Shown here: piece by piece, positions 55,576-64,000 of the stretch
Layout of the letters: each line of letters starts with the position of its first letter
Position numbering within the stretch: position 1 is the first letter of the stretch
DNA from: Octopus sinensis
Lineage: Eukaryota
Direction of reading: 5' to 3'
Assembly (NCBI RefSeq): GCF_006345805.1
Contig: NC_043003.1
Span: 67,518,001-67,582,000, forward strand
DNA: 64,000 bases
Notes under the pieces: model-generated
Told to the model about the DNA's origin: nothing
Database searches by the model: none
What the model saw: the letters and a program-made list of their open reading frames with translations, nothing else
Made by a program: the position numbers and the translations under genes

Positions 55576-55899
55576 TCAAAAAAATCTGTATCTACTGTAC
55601 TAGCATTTCCGCTTTTACATGTGATCACATATATATATTCTTCAACAACACTTTCCAAACAATATTAGGTTTCACTTTCGCCATCTCGTATACATGTACC
55701 GACTTCTTAGATACATCCATTACCTGTAAGCAAATATCGCTGGCCACCCCAGCGTTCATAAAGCCATTCTTAATATAATTGTGATTCCTTATCCACCCCG
55801 AACCCCATACAAGAAATCGGCTACATCGTCAACTTACTTCTCCTGTGTCCCCGCTTCCATAGCTGAGTTTCGGTTTTTAAAATTACCTCTAAACTAATT

Positions 55900-56345
55900 T
55901 TCCATTATATTATCGCAGGCAAACTACTATACCTCTATATTTTATCCTCTGATATATCACGGATGGTAATTCGACGATTTCCTCTCACGGCTACACGCAG
56001 TTCTGCTGGTTGTGGGTCTTCCAGAATGTTCGTCAATATCGACATTTTTTCGGCCATCTTGGAATTGTCTGAAGCACTCGTACACTCGTGTGCAGCTCAT
56101 ACGCTCTTCTACATACACTTTCTACATTTTTGCGTAGGCCTCTGAGCAGGTTTTGACATGACAACTTTCTCTGTCATGTTCAATGCGATGATCACACACT
56201 ACACACCTTCCTTCCAAGGACTGCTGTAAACGAAAAAACTTAGTGCGCATGCACAGTAGAGTGGAGGGTAAATCATTGCCAATCAGCGTGCTTTAGCTTA
56301 GTTTCTATGGCAACAGTCCGAATACTTATTGATCACACTGCGTAC
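55900..56345 (-). mobile_element. mariner 5' end with TIR and transposase N-terminus
   Basis: Starts tacgcagtgtgatcaataagtattcggac (mariner-type TIR). MTEKV..TCSEAYAKM.KVY....TRVYECFRQFQDGRKNVDIDEHSGRPTTSRT..NRRITIRDI. Confidence 0.7.
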
Positions 56346-57455
56346 GTGCCAATTTGTCAAACATTTCGTGGGGGCTAAATATAAATTCTGTAACTTTGTT
56401 AATAGGTGATGCTCTTTGTCGCTTTACAGATCGCTTCAAAAGCAAACATCTGAAGTGCTTTCCACACATGTCACCTCTTTTGGCATCAACAGCATATACT
56501 GAACCCTACACAGAATCAGCCCCATATACGGTCAGCAAAACAGTCTCTAGTATCCACACTCACGGAAGCCCATAGAATCTCATAGACGGACTTTCTTGCA
56601 ACTCATTGGCATATGGCCGATAATTCAGTCCAACATCCATCCCCATTGTACTCTTTTCACAAACCTACTTTTCCACCTAGTAACATCACTTCTGTGTAAA
56701 ATATACTTTACTCGTCCCAGTAAGTTCTCTTGTCTTTAAAAAGAAAACTACCTGCAAATTTATATATTGCATTATTATCTTTTATTTAGGTCAAATATAT
56801 TTACTTCACAGTTAGCTTAAATATCGGCTTGTTGCTAGGAATAGCATTAACAACTCAATACTACGTTACAAGTAAATAGGTGAAGTTTCAATCTTTTGTT
56901 AAACAGAAGAGAAATCATATGACTCACGACACACGTGAAATGATAGAGAAAAAGTTAGCATAGTATATCTAAGTCAGTAAATGTTTTTGATACTTGATGA
57001 AGTAGATTGATGGGCATATCCGTTATGTTTTGAAAGAATTTGTAAGCATAACCTTGGTTTGTATTTATAATGGTGATCAGCTCCCTACTGACTGCCCCAA
57101 ATATTATGCAGACAGGGAATATATAGGTTCTTAATCATCTTTTTGCAACTAGCATCGCGCTGTCGTCATGGTCCACACACCTAACTCCTTATATCCCAAC
57201 CCAGTAAACATCAATAAAGAAAAGGACCTGGTAATATCATAGTACGAACCGAAAGACTGGTGTATGAAAATGATAGTGGTACTTCAAATGTCTGTCGCTT
57301 TTCTGTTCTACCACCAAAAGAAAGTTATTCCTAAAAGACATACAGCTAAAGATAGTTGTCAATCTTAGTCATATTATTCTCGTATACTGTCAAACAATGT
57401 TTCGCCTTCCCTGTAGTTTCTATCGAAGTTTAAAGAGTAACGGTATCGTCTTGTT

Positions 57456-57636
57456 CAATGGTCTCAACCGGGGTCCAAAGGCCTCTGGAGGTGCATTTTA
57501 GATTTGGTGGGGGTTCCACAGAACAAACCTGTAAATTGGGGAACCGCGCTAGTGTTTTAAGGGCCTCTGAAAAAAGTTTGCTTCAGATGTATGCATAAAA
57601 AGGGGTCCATAGACAGAAAATGGTTGAGAATCCCTG
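57456..57636. mobile_element. hAT-type MITE
   Basis: Ends caatggtctcaacc / ggttgagaatccctg. Decayed 8-bp TSD gtcttgtt/gtgttatt. Confidence 0.6.
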
Positions 57637-59134
57637 GTGTTATTGAAGGATTCGAGTAGTTGCTGAGGAGACGTTGCAGCCGTTAGTTTAGTACCTTTAT
57701 TTTGTATTTAGGACTGCATTATGGAATATGTCCTTTCATTTGCCATGCTATGACTTACCACTAGTACGAAATCACTTTTTATTAATATCAGAGATTTGAA
57801 CTGGTAACACTGTTGAAGTGGAAACCTACTAGGAACTTTGATCAATAACATACCACGTTGTTTTCAACACGATTTTGTGGTTTAACAAATGGGAGCGCAA
57901 CGTTGAAAACTAATTCATTAGGCATTGATTTTAGAACAATAGTGCTTCCTAGAATTTTGAAATATATCTGCCGCAGTATCAGATGGCAATAACGTAGATT
58001 GGTTGATTTTTGTTTTAAATAATTTGAACACTTTCGGCATATTAGTAATACAATCAAATATGATATAGTAACAGTTATATTACCGAATCATCCATTTGCG
58101 CTCTCGTAAACACGTAATATTATGATATCACATGTTATAGGAATTAACTCCCATTAATCCATTGAATTTTACAGTGAAACCAACATAATTGCCTTTTAAT
58201 TTAATTCTTAGTTACATGCCTGCAAATACTATTTAATATATTTATGAATATATCGCATTCAACTTAAAACAAACAAGGGTCTTTGTAATCCCTGTTAAGC
58301 AGTATCTACTGTATATGGGCATTCATGGTATATATATATATATATATACATACATCATATTAACTATTGCTTTATTTGAGGATTATTTTTCTAATCATTA
58401 TCGATATTTTCATAAGCATTAAATAAATATTAACATATTGTATTTTCTCTCAAAGCGATTTCATTACCACCGTAACAATGGCCTTGTAGTAAGCTGTAGC
58501 GCCTTTCAAGAATTCGTAAAACGTATATTCATGGACTATTCATAATTTCTAATTTTATTGTTAGCTTTCGGCTATATATTCAATACTTAATACTGACGAT
58601 ACATATGCTATATTTCTTCTAAATGAATTTTCACACAGAAACAATTTGCTTGATATTATCACAGTTTAAATTATCGTTATCAACGTAGATGAATAGATGT
58701 AATATGGGAACAAAGGAAACACATTGTTAGATGTCAGAATGTTTTTTTTTCCGAGTATTACACAACAAAAGGCGTTACCAACATCATGATAATTGGTCAA
58801 ATGTATATTGTTAAACATGAAAACTAATGTAGCATAAAGTTGTTTTATCTACACTAGCTTTACTTCAAACATCCGCCGTCACTTATTTAAAAGCTGTACA
58901 AAAAGATATTACTCAAATGATTTCGAAATATATTTATCAAATAAAATAATGTGTTCCTAGGCCTCGGAGCAAATGCATCAAATTCGGAAAAATGTAATAG
59001 ATATGATCGTTTCTAGTATCGTATCGACCGTAGTGAATGATACTGTTTATCACACGGACGCATAATAAGTATAGCACCTACTCAGATTGCTACTTCTTTA
59101 TTTACATATTAAATACAGTATGTGTGTATGAGTG

Positions 59135-59980
59135 TGTAAAGTATTATATCTGAGTGATAATTTACGCAAAAATGAAAGTAACACTGACATCTCATTTTAA
59201 CAGATATATTGCCCAAAATTGCATAAAAATATCTTGAAATACTAAGGAATAAATTAATTAAATATAATCGCCATTGGTTTCAACCAAGGCCTCCAGATGA
59301 CTTCGGAAACTTTTGAAACCCTGCTGGACGATCTTCATGTTTAAATTGGTGAATACTGCAATAATCCCTGTTGTTAGTTCATTTTTGGTGTTACAGGGAG
59401 TTTTGGTGGTCTCTCGCTCACTGCGCCCGATACACGGTAATCAAGGGGTTTGCAGTCTGTGGAGTGAGGTGGCCAGTCAGTGGTGTTGTCGCAAAAATTG
59501 GCTGACAGCCATGAATGGATACTCCTGCTTCTGTGGCATGGTGTAGAGTTCTGCTGGAGCAGCCACCCTCTTGAACTAGGGCAGCACTAACTCCTGCAGG
59601 CATTTATTGTAGACCGCCGTGTTGAGCTTGAGGCCGTGGGGGAAGATAAATGGAAGCATAGCGTGGCCATCACTAGTAATCACTCAAAACACCATGATGT
59701 TGATTGGATGTTTGATATTTATCACTCTCGATACATGTCCTCAGATTGACACTCAAACACTCTGAAATGGTCATATTGGAGCTTCTGTACGAATACCAAA
59801 CAGTACAGCATGCCCATTTGAAACTGCTAGCAGAGTTAATTGCTTCATGGAGCTGTTTTTTGTCACAGACGGTGCCCCACCGACCCAACTGTCCTATGTA
59901 GTCAACAAAATCGAAAACCAAAAACGCGCATGCGTCAAATTAAAAATATAATATAGCGACAATTTACCCATCGCATACAT
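59135..59980 (-). mobile_element. Non-autonomous Tc1-like element, same family as 4203-4767
   Basis: Reverse complement matches the 5' region, transposase C-terminus and 3' region of the 4203 and 5770 copies. Confidence 0.75.
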
Positions 59981-60054
59981 ATATATACGTACATATACGC
60001 ATATATATATATGTACATATATACCTACATACATGCGTGCATATATATATATAA

Positions 60055-60303
60055 AATAAATGCGCCCTTTTAAAGCCTACTCGGGCTCATGGGGCCGGTT
60101 TCCCGATTTCTATGGCGTATGTGTTCCCCAGCTGGAAGGGACGCCACTCCATCACAGATTTACTCATTTTTGCCAGTTGAGTGGACTGGAACAACGTCAA
60201 ATGAAGTGTTGTGCTTAAGAACACAACGCGTCGCCCGATCCAGGAATCGAAACCACAATCTTACGATCATGATGCTGACACTCTAATCACTAAGTCACGC
60301 GTC
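60055..60303 (-). mobile_element. SINE family C
   Basis: Matches 51165-51422. Confidence 0.7.
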
Positions 60304-61147
60304 TCTACGTATATATATATATATATGTATATATATATAAATATATATAGACCTTGTCCATGTACACATATCTATTAGGTGTCTATATTTCAATTTAAGT
60401 ATAAAATCAGCATACGTCACAGATTTCACTTTTGTATCACACACACTGAGGTAGATTTTCTCGTTGGTTGAGCATTTATCGAAGCGTTTACAACGTCATA
60501 ATACAGAGCATGAAGCTGGAGAGACGTAAAAGCCACCGTCTTGATAGGTATGTCTGTATGTGATTATGTATTAATGTGTACGTGTGCTCGCGTCTGTTCA
60601 TGCGGGAGATGGAAGGAAAGAACGAACGAGTTTATCCCATCCCCTAGTTTCGTCTAGACATCCAATTGTACAGATCAACATCTTTGAAATTAATCAGATG
60701 ATCAAAGGCCATAAGGCGGAAGAAGTTCATCATATTTCTTTTATCGGAGACAGGAGAATCTTTGAAATTGTCTGAAAGTAAATAATGAATGTGTTAAAAG
60801 ATGAATTTATTTTAGCCTGATTCATAACAGACAGTAATGGGTGATTTGCACGTATAGAAACACCTTCAAGGAATGTCTGGCTTTCAAACTAAATAAAGTG
60901 TCCCGCACACCGACAAAACTAAGATGATATGTTCTGTGTATTCTTAGCTTGTTTCAGAAAACTTATATTCCAAACTACACTTTTATACCTTTTTAACGCT
61001 CGAGAAATAAATTCATGTACGTACGTATGTATGTATGAATATGTAACTGTACAGGTACACACATACATATCTATATTTATATATACACTCACACACATGC
61101 ATAAATATCGATCTATCTATATATCTATCTACCTATCTGTATATATG

Positions 61148-61440
61148 TCACCGTGATCACCGTGAGTGACCAGGCTATCAAATGTTGCTACATATCGCTG
61201 ATCACAATGCGCTTCGCTTTGTTTCAGCCTTCAAATGACGCCACCGCACTGGGTAAGTGAGCAACCCACAGACGAAAAAGTGAAAGTTGTGGTGAAAGAG
61301 TACAGTAGGGATCGCCACCACCCCCTGCCGGAGCATCGTGGAGCTTCAGGTGATTTCGCTCAATAAACACTCACAACGCCCGGTCTGGGAACCGAAACTA
61401 CGATCCTTCAACCACGAGTCCGCTGTCCTTGCACCTCCAC
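61148..61440 (-). mobile_element. tRNA-derived SINE family D
   Basis: On the minus strand a B-box-like gtttcggttccc follows ggatcgta. Single copy in the window. Confidence 0.45.
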
Positions 61441-61512
61441 CTGTATACACGCCTCCACACACACACACGCCTCCACCTGTATGCATGCATACATATATAT
61501 ATGTATGCGTAT

Positions 61513-61558
<46 letters not shown>

Positions 61559-61562
61559 TATA

Positions 61563-61608
<46 letters not shown>

Positions 61609-61612
<4 letters not shown>

Positions 61613-61958
61613 AGGAGTGGCTGTGTGGTAAGTAGCTTGCTTACCAACCACATGGTTCCTGGTTCAGTCCCACTGCGTGACATCTTGGATAAGCGTCTTC
61701 TGCTGTAGCCTCGGGCCGACCAAAGCCTTGTGAGTGGATTTGGTAGACGGAAACTGAAAAGAAGTCCGTTGTATATATGTATATATATATATGTGTGTGT
61801 GTGTGCGTGTGTTTGTGTGTCTGTATTTGTTCCCCTAGCATTGCTTGACAACCGATGCTGGTGTGTTTGTGTCCTCGATACTTAGCTGCTCGATTAAAAG
61901 AGGTGCTCCAGCATGGCCGCAGTAAAATGACTGAAACAAGTAAAAGAGTTAAAGAGTA
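61609..61958 (+). mobile_element. tRNA-derived SINE family B
   Basis: gcaggagtggctgtgtggtaag..ggttcagtccc..gacggaaactgaaa..microsatellite..atgactgaaacaagtaaaagag. Confidence 0.8.
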
Positions 61959-62808
61959 TATATACGTTTAAATATTTGTTGTGCAAGATTTTTTATATAT
62001 ATTGTTGTATCGCACGTTCGACGTATGATATAACCGGATAATAATAATAATGTCCTCGCAGATCATTGTACTCGAGATACTGGTAATAACCTTCGACAAA
62101 ACGCAATTCTCGAATTTACACTGCACTGAAGCATCTCTGCGTATGTCCATTTATCTTATTTCCTGCTTTAATTTTTACATTGATATGCAAATCACACATT
62201 TATCTACACAAAAACACTCGTATGATTTTCAGAATTCCCTCTTGTGATGTGTGGTAAGTAGGAAGATGCCCCCTCAGTCTTAGACTCCAGAGCAATGCTC
62301 CCATCAGAGAATGTATTACTGTTAGCATCCAGAAGTATAATACCACTGTGAAAACCTGTGAAGACCGGTGAAAAGAACGCATCTTTCAAAGAAGATTTAC
62401 CAGATTCCTATTTAACAATTTTCATACCGAGCAGAATTTTTGTTAAAACACTCTTTCACAGGGCGCCGATTACTGAGTACAAAATCCAAAATTTTGTTGA
62501 ATACTTCTATACATGCTGCCTTCCTCGATATAAAAATTGTCAGCACTGAAAGGATTTACATCGAAATATCTTTGGAAAAAAATGTTTAAATGACGCAAAA
62601 CATGCAGCAAGTATTTTGATATTGGAAATAACTACTGTAGTATGAAAATCTATACGTGAAATTTCACACTGTGAGTTCGTATACGTTTCCGTTTTATTCA
62701 AATTCTCTGCACCAACCAGCTTGAAGCTTAAACATTCACATTTCCTTCATTGTAGGCATATAAAAAGAAATCATTAATATATGAAAAACTAAACAGAAAG
62801 CCCATGTG

Positions 62809-62847
<39 letters not shown>

Positions 62848-64000
62848 GCGCATACGCATATATACATACATCCATATAGACATACTTACACACACAAAGA
62901 CACACGCACATACAGCGGTTAGCTTTTGAAGATAATGTGTTGTATAACAAAAAATTGTGTAAACAATATCATAAATAGTTACAAGAGATGCTGCAACTTT
63001 TTCCGAAGGTTTTCTTCAATAACAACGCTATACGATTCGATCGCATACTATCCTATTGTATGAAACAACAAAAGATCACACGTAAACATCCTTTGTACGA
63101 AAAGAACCAATCGACAAAGGAGGGAAAAAGAAAAATCTTTCGTACGTTTACTTTTCGTGACCAACATTAAACAAATGCACTAATTCGTAGACGGCGATTC
63201 AATTCCAGCTCAAAAGAAGACAACTGGAATTAAATATGTATCTCGTTTGAAAATGTTTTAATTATTTAGTTTTTTTATTTTCTATTTTTCTATTTCAACG
63301 AAAATGTCTGATTATGCTCGAAGCACATATCTGCAAATATTTATAGAACTATATGCATAAAAACACTGCAACAATCATATGCATACACGTCGTTGTTCAA
63401 TCATTTTTGCTCTAATGATGGAACAGGTTGCAAATAAATCAAATGTTACTTTGCACTCTATCACTTCTTACAGAATACGTGATTTAAGTCTCATCACAAG
63501 TTTAACGATGCCTGTAATTATATTGAACGTACATTTATTTAATATTCATTGTCATAATATCCCTGGCACTGCAGGTGCCTCGCTATCTCGCATTTTAATA
63601 GTTAATTCTTTGGCAATGATGTGAATGGTAATATAAACAACCAAATTTCACTCAGCACGTTACGTTGACTTTATAATCTATGTGCATATATATGCATACA
63701 CGTAGTCACGCAAACACACACACACTCACATACATTTTAAGCATTAGTTGGCGTTGTAACCATATTTTGATTGACATAGACTAAAATTAAGTAACTACGT
63801 GTTAATTCATTTGTTTAGTCATTTGGCTAAACTAAATGGAGTATTTATTCTCTTGTGTCTTAATGCAAAACGTATATAATATTTACGGTTAGTAAATTTA
63901 TGATATATGCCAAACTCAGACTGACTGTTAATATTCCTTATAGAAATATTTAAAACCCCCCGCTTCTGAGTTAATTAATTTATACTGTAGTGAATGGAAT

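Noticed and set aside
56243-56314. Host-gene promoter (ciliary gene type)
   Set aside because: The motifs sit between a mariner TIR and its ATG, so they are TE-borne. Kept only as a TE finding.

Overview
AT-rich, microsatellite-dense eukaryotic DNA. The SINE, Tc1/mariner and (TA)n/(CA)n landscape looks like an octopus/cephalopod genome (inference). No host protein-coding gene, rRNA, tRNA or CRISPR array can be supported, and almost all short ORFs in the track are microsatellite or antisense artefacts. The window is intergenic or intronic and filled with tRNA-derived SINEs, decayed Tc1/mariner pieces, a CR1 3' end, a hAT MITE and a Helentron-like MITE. Two things stand out. (1) At 28736-32223 there are two head-to-tail 1.72-kb retroelements that each encode only a gag-like ORF1 (RRM-like region plus one CCHC knuckle) and no endonuclease or RT. 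They are separated and flanked by three copies of the same 19-bp target, and sit inside a Penelope-like terminal element. (2) At 20240-24921 there is a nest of four Penelope-like (PLE) elements in TA microsatellite. One carries a decayed GIY-YIG ORF end. Another is a young non-coding element with a perfect 217-bp inverted repeat, each arm holding an intact type I hammerhead ribozyme. All alignments, counts and folds were done by eye; family names are from motif recognition, not database searches.
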